A stretch of DNA of 64,000 nt from Phycisphaerae bacterium (GTDB taxonomy: Bacteria; Planctomycetota; Phycisphaerae; Sedimentisphaerales; UBA12454). Shown here one piece after another: positions 44,151 through 53,459 of the stretch. The stretch is from NCBI GenBank assembly GCA_041661665.1, contig JBAZTW010000002.1, forward strand, positions 62,764 through 126,763, read 5' to 3'. Numbering within the stretch: position 1 is the stretch's first letter; every line of letters starts with the position of its first letter. The position numbers and the translations under genes were made by a program. The notes below the pieces were generated by a model. That model worked only from the letters and a program-made list of their open reading frames with translations. It had not been told where the DNA came from and did not search any database.

Positions 44151-45311
44151 ATGAAAAAGAATATAGCGATATTTGGTTCGACAGGTTCGATAGGGACAAA
44201 CGCCCTGCGGGTTATTGAGGCTCTTGGCGATGAATATAAAGCAGTTGCCCTTAGCGCACATAATAATATAAGACTGCTGACAGAGCAGGTAAAAAAGTTC
44301 AAGCCGCAAACAGTCATTTTGACCAACCCAGCGAAAATCGACGAATTCAAAAAATTGCTCGGCAGGACAAATGTCGAAATACTTACCGGCAACGCCGGCC
44401 TTTTGGCAGCGGCGGCTGATAAGAATACTAATGTTATAATCGCTGCGGTTGTCGGCTCGGCCGGGCTTGAGGCGCTTTTGGCCACGGCAAAGACCGGAAA
44501 AGTTTTGGCTGTCGCCAACAAGGAGCCGCTTGTCATTGCGGGTGAACTGCTCACAAAAGTTGCTGCGGAAAACAACGCTAAAATTCTGCCGGTTGACAGC
44601 GAACATTCGGCAGTTTTTCAGGCTTTGCAGGCAGGGGACGCAAAGGAAGTCAGCAGGATTATTCTTACTGCCAGCGGCGGGCCTTTTAGAGGAGCAACGG
44701 CGGAACAAATTGAAAACGCCACGCTCCAGCAGGCTCTTGCGCATCCGACCTGGAATATGGGCAAAAAAATCACTATCGATTCTGCCACGATGATGAATAA
44801 GGCTCTGGAAATAATCGAAGCCAAATGGCTATTTGATGTTCCTGTGGAAAAAATCGAAGTGATTGTCCATCCTGAGTCGATAATTCATTCTATGGTGGAG
44901 TTTGTTGACGGCTCGGTGATAGCGCAGATGTCCCCGCCTGATATGTGTCTGCCGATTCAATACGCCCTGACCTTCCCGCACAGGGTGAAAGGCATAACAA
45001 AGCACCTGAAATTGGAAGAAATCGGCAAGTTGACCTTTGAAAAACCCGATATGGAAGTTTTCAAGGCTCTAAAGATTGGTTATCAGGTCGCAAAGGCCGG
45101 CGGGACTGCCGCAGCGGTGTTTAACGCCGCAAATGAGGCTGCCGTAGAAGAATTTCTGGCGGGAAATATAAAATTTGTTAATATCGTCGAACTTATTGAG
45201 CGTTGTCTCGATAAACATAATGTGAAAATGAACGCGACGCTGGAAGAACTGCTTTCAGCCGACAATTGGGCAAGAAATGAGGTAAAGAAATGTCTGAACA
45301 AGGTAATGTAA
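44151..45311 (+). CDS. dxr: 1-deoxy-D-xylulose 5-phosphate reductoisomerase
   Basis: IAIFGSTGSIGTNAL, LPVDSEHSA, ILTASGGPFR, NKALE.IEA motifs. Confidence 0.95.
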   Translation: MKKNIAIFGSTGSIGTNALRVIEALGDEYKAVALSAHNNIRLLTEQVKKFKPQTVILTNPAKIDEFKKLLGRTNVEILTGNAGLLAAAADKNTNVIIAAVVGSAGLEALLATAKTGKVLAVANKEPLVIAGELLTKVAAENNAKILPVDSEHSAVFQALQAGDAKEVSRIILTASGGPFRGATAEQIENATLQQALAHPTWNMGKKITIDSATMMNKALEIIEAKWLFDVPVEKIEVIVHPESIIHSMVEFVDGSVIAQMSPPDMCLPIQYALTFPHRVKGITKHLKLEEIGKLTFEKPDMEVFKALKIGYQVAKAGGTAAAVFNAANEAAVEEFLAGNIKFVNIVELIERCLDKHNVKMNATLEELLSADNWARNEVKKCLNKVM

Positions 45312-47410
45312 AATCAAAAAATATGACTAATCTGCTGTTTTTGGCGGCGCTGATTGGAATCGTGATATATTTCATTTCCAAAAACGTTGAAAAGAGCGCC
45401 AGTATCATTCTGTCTTTTGTCGGGCTGGGTGTGGTGATATTTGTTCATGAGTTTGGCCATTTTATTGCTGGTAAACTGTCGGATATTTGCGTCGAGGCAT
45501 TCGCGATAGGATTTGGTCCGGTTGTCATAGGCGTTAAACGATGCGAGAAATTTCTGCGGTTCAGAATCCTGCCAACTATATTGCTCAAGGACAATGACCC
45601 GGACGGCGAAGGGCTTTTGTGCTTAAAACTGCCGATGAACTGCAAAGCAGGCGAAACGGAATATCAATTGAGAATTTTCCCGCTGGGAGGGTTTGTAAAA
45701 CTGCTCGGCCAGGAAGATGTCGGCGCAGACAAGCCAAGCGATAACCCACGCTCATTTTTGAACAGGCCTATTTGGAAAAGAATAATGGTCGGTTCTGCCG
45801 GCGTGATATTTAACGTCATTCTTGCGATAGCTTTTTTTGTCGTTGTTTTCACCAGAGGTATAAATATGCCGCCGGCGATTGTAGGCGGTACAATACCGGG
45901 CTATCCAGCCGAGAAGGCCGGATTGATGCCGGGCGATGAGATAATTTCGGTTGATGGAAAAAACAATATAGATTTTACTACTGTCGCTATGGCAGCGGCT
46001 CTGTCAGGCAAAGGCGAGCCTGTCAATATGACTGTAAAGCGGGCAGACGGCAAAATAGAAGATGTTAATATAATTGCAAAAGAGCTGCCGGGAGCCGGTT
46101 TCAGAGGCTTTGGCATATTACCATCGTTCACGCTTGAAATGGCAAAGATTGAAACCCCTGAAGCATTTTTGGCCGCGACAGGCTTAAAAGCCGGCGATAT
46201 CCTGACAACTGTTGATGGCGAGAAAATTGAACAGCCCTGGCAATATACTGAAAAAATACAGCAAGTTTTTGAGCCGACAGTTGAGTTGTCATTCCAAAGG
46301 CCGGGACAAAATAAGCCTGTAGTTTTCACAGACAGGCTTGAATTTAATGCATGTATAGAATATCAGGATGGCGGAGAATTTATACCTTCGCATATCGGCG
46401 GGATTATTCCGAGACTTAAAATTATTTCCGTAGAATCGGCCAATGGCAACCAAAACCTTAAAAGGATTTCCAAAATTATTTCTGTCGAATCGGCGGATGT
46501 CAATCAAATACTGCAGAAGGGCGATATTATTGTCCGTGTCGCCGATATCGCCAATCCCACGTATCAGGAACTGCGTCAGGCGACAATTACATATGCCGAG
46601 CAGGATTTAAAACTCACAGTGCTTAGAAACAGCGAACTTATTGAAGCAACGGTAGTTCCGAAAATCGGCAAAGACGGCAGGGCGGTCATAGGAATAGGTG
46701 TAGGCCTTGATATTGATAATCCAATCGTCGCGGCTGTCGCTGATGCCAACACATCGCAGATTGGCAGTTTGCCCAGAGGGGCGGAGATTGTTTCCTTTGC
46801 GGGCGAAGGAGTGAAAAACTTTTTTGATATCGCCGCAGCCCTTGAAAAAAACAGGGGCAAAACAGTTAAAATCATTTACAGAAGTACATTGGATGAAAAA
46901 CAAATGGATTATGCTGTGGGGCAATATGGCGATATTTTAGCCGTAAGTCCGATTACAGCGTATGAATTGCCGTTCAAGCCGCTCAGGAAACTCTATCGTG
47001 CTGACGGCGCTGTTGATGCTATGAAAATGGGAACTCGAAAAACAGTTGAATTTATCGCACAGACTTATATGACGATAAAAGGGTTGATTGTCGGCGATAT
47101 AAGTCCCAAGAGCCTGATGGGTCCGGTCGGTATGATTTCCGCCAGTTCGAAGATTATCGAAAGTAAGGAGTATATTCATTATCTTAACTTTATGGGTATT
47201 ATCAGCGCCTGTCTTGCGGTAATGAATTTTCTGCCGCTGCCGATACTTGACGGCGGACTGGTTTTGATGCTGATTATCGAAAAAATAAAAGGCTCGCCAG
47301 TGCACACAAAGATACAGGAATGGCTTGTTTATATCGGCCTTGCCCTCATTGGCGGACTGTTTGTGCTGATAACCTATAACGACATTTTAAGAGTATTCTT
47401 CGACAAATAG
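45290..47410 (+). CDS. rseP: RIP metalloprotease RseP (site-2 protease, M50) with multiple PDZ domains
   Basis: HEFGHF zinc motif in TM1, several PDZ-like segments, C-terminal NFLPLPILDGG. The start could instead be the ATG at 45323. Confidence 0.85.
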   Translation: MSEQGNVKSKNMTNLLFLAALIGIVIYFISKNVEKSASIILSFVGLGVVIFVHEFGHFIAGKLSDICVEAFAIGFGPVVIGVKRCEKFLRFRILPTILLKDNDPDGEGLLCLKLPMNCKAGETEYQLRIFPLGGFVKLLGQEDVGADKPSDNPRSFLNRPIWKRIMVGSAGVIFNVILAIAFFVVVFTRGINMPPAIVGGTIPGYPAEKAGLMPGDEIISVDGKNNIDFTTVAMAAALSGKGEPVNMTVKRADGKIEDVNIIAKELPGAGFRGFGILPSFTLEMAKIETPEAFLAATGLKAGDILTTVDGEKIEQPWQYTEKIQQVFEPTVELSFQRPGQNKPVVFTDRLEFNACIEYQDGGEFIPSHIGGIIPRLKIISVESANGNQNLKRISKIISVESADVNQILQKGDIIVRVADIANPTYQELRQATITYAEQDLKLTVLRNSELIEATVVPKIGKDGRAVIGIGVGLDIDNPIVAAVADANTSQIGSLPRGAEIVSFAGEGVKNFFDIAAALEKNRGKTVKIIYRSTLDEKQMDYAVGQYGDILAVSPITAYELPFKPLRKLYRADGAVDAMKMGTRKTVEFIAQTYMTIKGLIVGDISPKSLMGPVGMISASSKIIESKEYIHYLNFMGIISACLAVMNFLPLPILDGGLVLMLIIEKIKGSPVHTKIQEWLVYIGLALIGGLFVLITYNDILRVFFDK
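46418..46525 (+). repeat. In-frame 54-nt tandem duplication inside rseP
   Basis: AAAATTATTTCCGTAGAATCGGCC... versus AAAATTATTTCTGTCGAATCGGCG.... Encodes KIISVESANGNQNLKRIS / KIISVESADVNQILQKGD at the start of a PDZ-like segment. Confidence 0.8.
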
Positions 47411-47421
47411 GAATAATACTG

Positions 47422-48816
47422 ATGAACGAAGACAAAAAGAATATTCTCAAGTGGCGAAAAAAAAATTCCTATTACTATCGGTGGATTGAGAAAATTCACA
47501 AATTCGTCATAAGGCCGAACAGCAGAGTTTTGCAAATCGGCTGCGAAACCGGTGAATTGCTGGCAGGGGTTAATCCATCTTATGGTCTTGGCATTGATGC
47601 CGATGCCGCAAAAATCGCCGTTGCCAAAGAACAGTTTGGTCATTTGAATTTTCAGGTTGCCGACCCGCATCAGTTCACAATCGATGAAAAATTTGATTAT
47701 GTGATTATCTGTAATTCGCTTGGCGGCTGGCACGATGTGCAGAAAGTTTTTGAAAATATCCGCCCAGCCGCGACTCCGGATACGCGGATTATCATCGCGT
47801 ATTATAATTATCTGTGGGAGTTTGCCCTTGAGCTTGGCTCGCTGCTTAAAATAAGAAGGCCTTATGAGTATCAAAACTGGCTTTCGCAAAACGATATAGT
47901 GAATTTGCTCGATTTGGCGGGCTTTGAATCCATAAGGCAGAATTCATTTATGCTGCTGCCAAAGCGAATTTGGCCGATTACGTCAATTTTCAATTATTTT
48001 CTAACGCTGCTGCCGGGCTTTAGATGTTTTAACCTCATCAATCTGATAATAGCCAGACCTATTCCGCCGCAAAAACCGCAAAACGAACTTTCAGTTTCGG
48101 TTATTGTTCCCTGCAGAAACGAAAAGGGCAACATCGCCGATGCGATATTGCGAATTCCGCCGATGGGCAGAGAAACCGAAATAATTTTTGTCGATGGCAG
48201 CAGCAGCGACGGCACTGTTGAGGAAATAGAAAAACAAATCGCTTACCACCCCGAAAGAAAAATCAAACTGATTCATCAGGGCGATGGAATCGGCAAAGGC
48301 GATGCCGTTCGCAAAGGATTTGCCGCAGCCGCCGGCGATGTGCTTGTGATTCAGGATGCCGACTTAACCGCTCCGCCGGAGGATTTGCCGAAATTTTTCA
48401 AGGCAATCTGCGATGGCAAAGGAGAGTATATCAACGGCTCTCGGCTTGTTTATCCAATGGAAAAGCAGGCGATGAGATTTCTGAACCTGCTCGGCAACAA
48501 ATTTTTCAGTATGCTGTTCACCTGGCTGCTTGGTCAGAAATTCAAAGATACCCTCTGCGGAACGAAAATGATTAGCCGAAAAAATTACGAGCTTATCGCA
48601 GCAAATCGTTCGTATTTCGGCGAGTTTGACCCGTTTGGCGATTTCGATTTGATTTTCGGCGCTGTCAGGCAGAACCTGAAAGTTGTCGAAGTTCCGGTTA
48701 ATTATAAGGCCAGAACTTATGGCGAAACAAACATCAGCAGATTTAGACACGGTTGGCTGCTGCTGAAAATGAGCTGGATTGCGTTTAAAAAAATTAAATG
48801 GCTGGGTAAATATTGA
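47422..48816 (+). CDS. Fusion protein: class I SAM-dependent methyltransferase + DPM1/ArnC/GtrB-type family-2 glycosyltransferase
   Basis: N-terminal VLQIGCETGELL motif I. C-terminal VSVIVPCRNE, VDGSSSDGT, IQDADLT (DxD) and a C-terminal amphipathic/TM tail. Confidence 0.75.
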   Translation: MNEDKKNILKWRKKNSYYYRWIEKIHKFVIRPNSRVLQIGCETGELLAGVNPSYGLGIDADAAKIAVAKEQFGHLNFQVADPHQFTIDEKFDYVIICNSLGGWHDVQKVFENIRPAATPDTRIIIAYYNYLWEFALELGSLLKIRRPYEYQNWLSQNDIVNLLDLAGFESIRQNSFMLLPKRIWPITSIFNYFLTLLPGFRCFNLINLIIARPIPPQKPQNELSVSVIVPCRNEKGNIADAILRIPPMGRETEIIFVDGSSSDGTVEEIEKQIAYHPERKIKLIHQGDGIGKGDAVRKGFAAAAGDVLVIQDADLTAPPEDLPKFFKAICDGKGEYINGSRLVYPMEKQAMRFLNLLGNKFFSMLFTWLLGQKFKDTLCGTKMISRKNYELIAANRSYFGEFDPFGDFDLIFGAVRQNLKVVEVPVNYKARTYGETNISRFRHGWLLLKMSWIAFKKIKWLGKY

Positions 48817-49589
48817 AGTTTTTAAAAATTGCAAAGCATAAGGATTCGGCTGAACTTGATATGCCTGAAACAACGATTCGGCATTGTCAGATTATTCAGC
48901 AAAAGCGGTTTCTTAAAAACATATATGTCGATTTTTACAGCCGATTCAAAAAAGCGTTCGGCAATCCTGAAAATAAACGCCTTGTCGAACTTGGCAGCGG
49001 CGGCGGCTTTATAAAAGAAATTATCCCAAACGCAATTACCTCTGATGTAATAAAAGTGCCCGGCGTTGATATGTCCTTTTCAGCAGAGCAAATGCCATTT
49101 GAGAATGGAAGCGTTGATGCGTTTTTTATGTTCGATGTGCTGCATCATATTCCAAATCCGAGGCTGTTTTTCAGAGAAGCCTGCCGATGTCTCAGACCCG
49201 GCGGCAAAATAGTTATGATTGAGCCTGCCAATACTTTATGGGGGCGTTTCATATACAAAAATTTTCATCACGAGGCGTTTGATGAAAAAGCCGGCTGGCA
49301 AATGGAATCGACTGGCCCGCTTTCCAGTGCCAATGGCGCTGTTCCATGGATAATTTTTAATCGCGACAGAAAAATTTTTGAAAATGAATTTCCTGAATTG
49401 CAGATTTTGAAAATTTCGTTTCATACGCCGCTGCGGTATTTGATTAGCGGAGGGCTTACTTTGCGTCAACTGCTTCCGGGTTGTTGCTATGGGTTAGTGG
49501 CGGGATTGGAATGGCTGCTTTCACCGGCTAACAATATTTTGGGGATGTTTCAGACTATTGAGATTGAGAAAAGACACAACAGAGGTTAA
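48813..49589 (+). CDS. Class I SAM-dependent methyltransferase
   Basis: LVELGSGGGF motif I and LRPGGKIVMIEP. The TTG start overlaps the previous stop; ATG at 48861 is an alternative. Confidence 0.7.
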   Translation: MKFLKIAKHKDSAELDMPETTIRHCQIIQQKRFLKNIYVDFYSRFKKAFGNPENKRLVELGSGGGFIKEIIPNAITSDVIKVPGVDMSFSAEQMPFENGSVDAFFMFDVLHHIPNPRLFFREACRCLRPGGKIVMIEPANTLWGRFIYKNFHHEAFDEKAGWQMESTGPLSSANGAVPWIIFNRDRKIFENEFPELQILKISFHTPLRYLISGGLTLRQLLPGCCYGLVAGLEWLLSPANNILGMFQTIEIEKRHNRG

Positions 49590-49651
49590 TTTAACGATAT
49601 AGACATGTATAAAAGAATAAAAAAACAATATTTAAGAAAGTTGGAAGTCCT

Positions 49652-50506
49652 ATGATTGGATTGATTGATAGATTGGCCATAACACGAATTAAGCTGTTTT
49701 TTGCCCGGATACTTTATTGTCTGATACATCTAATATATCGCAAAGACAAACGTATTATCACTAGGAATGGAATTACTTATGAAATTGATTTATCGGAATG
49801 TGTCGATTTATCCATTTTTTTATTGGGCCATTTCCAAAAACATGTTTCTAATAATAAACGTCTCTCTTTGTCTGAGAATGCAATAATTTTTGATGTGGGG
49901 GCGAATATAGGGGCCATGGCTCTGCAATTTGCCAAACAGTCCCCATTGGGAAGAGTATATGCATTTGAGCCTACTTTTTATGCCTTCGCAAAGCTGAAAA
50001 GAAATCTTGCACTAAATCCTGAACTTGCGAATAGAATTGTTGCAATTCAAAGTTTTGTCTCCTCGGAAACGTCGGGTGAAGCTAATATAAAGGCGTATGC
50101 AAGTTGGAAAGTAGGAGGTTCTGACGATAGCGGCAAGCACTTGATTCACGGAGGAACCGTAAAGCCTGCCCAGGGGATAGGGGCGATATCTCTCGATGAT
50201 TTCTGTGAACAGAACAACATCGAGAAGCTGGACTTTATCAAAATAGATACCGATGGACACGAATTGGAGGTTTTAAAAGGAGCACAGAAAATTATTGGAA
50301 AGTTCAAGCCTGCTATCATTTTTGAAATCGGAATATACCTATTGCAGGAAAGAGGCGTTGATTTTTCAGACTATTTAAAATTTTTCGCATCCTTAAACTA
50401 TTGTTTATTAAACTGCGATAGCCTCAGGGAAATAACTGCGGATAATTATCGCAGGCATGTTCCATTAAATAGAACAAGTGATATTTTGGCAGTCGCCAAT
50501 ACTTGA
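49652..50506 (+). CDS. FkbM-family methyltransferase
   Basis: IFDVGANIGAM and IKIDTDGHELEVLKGA, characteristic of FkbM-type methyltransferases. Confidence 0.8.
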   Translation: MIGLIDRLAITRIKLFFARILYCLIHLIYRKDKRIITRNGITYEIDLSECVDLSIFLLGHFQKHVSNNKRLSLSENAIIFDVGANIGAMALQFAKQSPLGRVYAFEPTFYAFAKLKRNLALNPELANRIVAIQSFVSSETSGEANIKAYASWKVGGSDDSGKHLIHGGTVKPAQGIGAISLDDFCEQNNIEKLDFIKIDTDGHELEVLKGAQKIIGKFKPAIIFEIGIYLLQERGVDFSDYLKFFASLNYCLLNCDSLREITADNYRRHVPLNRTSDILAVANT

Positions 50507-50524
50507 AAATCAAAAGGGTTAATA

Positions 50525-52318
50525 ATGGCTGTGCAAAAAGGAATTAAAATTCGCCGAAGGCATAAAAAGCCAGCGAATGAAAACTCTATTCAGATAGTTT
50601 CTCCTGAAATTATAGCGCAACGTGAAAAATACTTCGGTATTTTAACCATTGTCGTTCTTTTTGCCTTTGGCGTTTACCACTCAATTCTTTATTTCGGTCA
50701 TACGGCTGTCCCCAATTCGGATTTTCCTGCCTTTTTCTCTACCGGCCGGCAGCTTTTATCTTTTCACATCCCATCAAGTTTTAAGCGTGTTCCGGTTCTT
50801 GGGATTTTGCAAGTTCTTCTTTCCTGGATCATCGGCGGCCAACATCCCGGCTTGACAGCCGGTTGGCTGCTGAATGCGATATTGCATCCGTTCAATCTTA
50901 TCCTGCTGTGGCTCATCTGTAGAAAGTTCGTAGGTAAATCGGGCTTGTGGATTGCAATAATTGCAATACTCAATCCAATGGTTATTTATCTGCTGACTGA
51001 ACCGATAGTAGAAACTACATTTTTATTTTTTATACTTTTGACTTTCTATTTTATTCTGAAAAATTCCCGGTGGAGTTATCTTTTTGCATCAATCGCAACG
51101 ATGACTCGTTACGAAGGCGCAGCTCTTATTCTTGCGGCTTTTATAATCGATATGATAAACAGCAAAACAAAACAGGAACGATTCCGAATTTTCCTCTATT
51201 CAGCATTGGCGGCGACACCCGTGGCAATTTGGATGGTCGGTATTTTGATGACCCCGCATGCAGAATCGTATTTAACTGTTTATGGAAAAGAGTATGCCAA
51301 ATTGTATGCGCAACCGGAAGAAAGCAGAACTGGTTTTTTTATGAATTTAGGCGTGTTATGGGAAACAGGATTTCAACCTCTGCTGATACCTTTTTTCAGC
51401 GATAACAGCGAAGACATAAATATGGTTTGGGGATTGAGTAAATTTTTTGCGATTATGGGGTTTGCTTTTGGTTCGATTTATGGACTATTCAAACGCCGAT
51501 GGGAAGTGCTCGCTTTGCTCATATTTCTGATATCATATTTTGCGATTCATTTAAAATTTCCTGTTCAGTATTCGCGATACTATATGCCGATTTCCTGGGT
51601 CGCACTTTTACTGTGTTGGTTCGGCTTGCAAAACATCTGGAACCTGCTGAATAAAAACAGGCGTATCCCTAAGCCGATTATATTCCTCTTACAGGCAATT
51701 ATTTTGACAATTACTATTATATGGCTGATCAGCCTTCCTCTATCGTTGCCGAAATTAACTCCTGCCAGCGCCGTATCCGTTTCAATGCCGTATGTTGCAA
51801 TTGTGGTCGTGTTACTTTTGCTTGCCGGACGTACTTATATTTATAAAATTAAAAACATATTTTCTCAGGTGGTTATTCTTGCGGTATTGGGGCTTATTAT
51901 CGCATCGAATCAATTTATACTCGCTCCCACGCTTGGTAACGGCCAAAGAGATATAGAGTTCAAACTTCTGGGGAATTGGTACGTTGCAAATGCTAAACCC
52001 GGCGAAAAAATGGGGCTTTTTTTGTCACATGTGGTACAGATATATGCGCCTAAATACGCCGACAATCTTGTTTACCTGCCCACTTCCGATAACCCTGTGA
52101 ATTTTGTAAAGGCCTGCTACGATGCAAACATCACTTATGTCGTCTGGGCATCACGCGAAGGATTGAGTAGGGATGCCAGCTACCATCAGACGAATTTAGA
52201 TAAAAACATAGCTATGCTTCGCGAACCAAAGAGTATCGGCCCGTATGAGTATATAACAACTATTAAGGCAAACCAATACCGCTATGTTAATATTTTTAGA
52301 CTCAAGCCTCGGCCATAA
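50525..52318 (+). CDS. Large polytopic membrane protein, GT-C/ArnT-PMT-like glycosyltransferase candidate
   Basis: 597 aa with 12 or more hydrophobic segments and a soluble C-terminal part of about 130 aa. The GT-C assignment is inferred from topology and context (adjacent polyprenyl-phosphate-type GT2). Confidence 0.4.
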   Translation: MAVQKGIKIRRRHKKPANENSIQIVSPEIIAQREKYFGILTIVVLFAFGVYHSILYFGHTAVPNSDFPAFFSTGRQLLSFHIPSSFKRVPVLGILQVLLSWIIGGQHPGLTAGWLLNAILHPFNLILLWLICRKFVGKSGLWIAIIAILNPMVIYLLTEPIVETTFLFFILLTFYFILKNSRWSYLFASIATMTRYEGAALILAAFIIDMINSKTKQERFRIFLYSALAATPVAIWMVGILMTPHAESYLTVYGKEYAKLYAQPEESRTGFFMNLGVLWETGFQPLLIPFFSDNSEDINMVWGLSKFFAIMGFAFGSIYGLFKRRWEVLALLIFLISYFAIHLKFPVQYSRYYMPISWVALLLCWFGLQNIWNLLNKNRRIPKPIIFLLQAIILTITIIWLISLPLSLPKLTPASAVSVSMPYVAIVVVLLLLAGRTYIYKIKNIFSQVVILAVLGLIIASNQFILAPTLGNGQRDIEFKLLGNWYVANAKPGEKMGLFLSHVVQIYAPKYADNLVYLPTSDNPVNFVKACYDANITYVVWASREGLSRDASYHQTNLDKNIAMLREPKSIGPYEYITTIKANQYRYVNIFRLKPRP

Positions 52319-52329
52319 ATCACAAAAAA

Positions 52330-52351
52330 GGGCGGGGTTATAACCCCGCCC
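52330..52351 (-). terminator. Perfect 22-bp palindrome terminator between convergent genes
   Basis: GGGCGGGGTTA/TAACCCCGCCC, preceded by A6 on the + strand. This is a T6 run after the hairpin for the minus-strand PEP-CTERM gene. Confidence 0.7.
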
Positions 52352-52377
52352 ATAATATAAATATATCATGACCGTTT

Positions 52378-53073
52378 TTAGCCGCGTCTTCTAAGCATCA
52401 TACCACCTATAAAAAGTAGTCCCAGCGTCGCAGGCTCCGGTACCGCGAAAATATAATTGAATCTTGAATCTTTTGCGACTATCTCACCAGCAAAACCAGA
52501 CATAGGACTCAGTACAGAAGGGTCCATTGCATACAACCTGTTTACACCGGCAACACAGGGATGACTTGAGAAGCTCGTTACAGATGCGCTGCCTATGCCT
52601 ACATAAGCATCAGTCATCGAAATATTATATGAGTTGAGCAGAATACTCGCTTCTGAGGCTCCCCAACTCCAACCTCCCACATACATAACATTGCCGCCCG
52701 AATTTGCATAATCACGCATTTTGGAACCTAAGCCCGCACCTGCCCAGAGCCAAACGACAGCAGAATAACTGCTCAAGTCTGATGATATCCAGTTCTGGGG
52801 GTCAGAAATGGTGACGGTATAACCGGCACTTTGAAGCGATTGCAGTAAATTTGAGCCAGTTAGCTGACGATCATAGTAGGCTTTGTCAAAAAGAATTGAT
52901 TTGTTGGAAGAATCGGCCGTGAGCCAGTTAAGCGAACTTACGGCGAAATGCTGATAATCCTGTGAGCTGGACGTAAGCATCCAGTCATCGGCAACCGCGA
53001 CAAGCTTCCCTGCGGCAAATGCGGAACTGCCAAACACTGATACAAAAACTAAACTCCACAATACGTTTTTCAT
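52378..53073 (-). CDS. PEP-CTERM sorting-domain protein
   Basis: Signal peptide MKNVLWSLVFVSVFGSSAFA. C-terminal VPEPATLGLLFIGGMMLRRRG. Confidence 0.85.
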   Translation of the reverse strand: MKNVLWSLVFVSVFGSSAFAAGKLVAVADDWMLTSSSQDYQHFAVSSLNWLTADSSNKSILFDKAYYDRQLTGSNLLQSLQSAGYTVTISDPQNWISSDLSSYSAVVWLWAGAGLGSKMRDYANSGGNVMYVGGWSWGASEASILLNSYNISMTDAYVGIGSASVTSFSSHPCVAGVNRLYAMDPSVLSPMSGFAGEIVAKDSRFNYIFAVPEPATLGLLFIGGMMLRRRG

Positions 53074-53107
53074 GTTCTCCCTTCCAAAAATAGTTTATGG
53101 TTATTAA

Positions 53108-53125
53108 TTAGTGTACATACACTAA
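53108..53125. promoter_or_regulatory. Operator-like palindrome TTAGTGTA-CA-TACACTAA upstream of the PEP-CTERM gene
   Basis: 8-bp perfect inverted repeat 35-52 nt upstream of the start at 53073. Further hairpins lie at 53146-53181 and 53235-53273. Confidence 0.3.
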
Positions 53126-53366
53126 CATCACAGATTTAATTTAGAGGAGAGAATTCAAACGGCATGATATGTATTCTCTCCGCCTCCAAGTGGTAATTAT
53201 AGATTACTTTCTATCTGATTGCAACTATTTTTTCGGACTTTTGTGAAAAAAATTGGATTTTTCACAATCCGAAACAGTCAATCTATCAAGCAGACAAGCC
53301 AAGCAGCCTGATATGCCTGACTGCGGCAGGGCGGCAGCTATTGCGGTAAGGGTATCCTTAAGGCAA

Positions 53367-53454
53367 CCTCTAAAAATGCGTAAATTCAGAGCCGCGAGCG
53401 TAAGCGACCGGTCAAAAACAACGTCTATTATGTTTGATTGTCAATTTTTAGAGG
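53367..53454. mobile_element. MITE-like element, copy B (88 bp) with terminal inverted repeats CCTCTAAAAAT / ATTTTTAGAGG
   Basis: Homologous to the reverse complement of 1194-1312. Ends 5 nt from the dapA stop codon. Confidence 0.5.
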
Positions 53455-53459
53455 CATCC

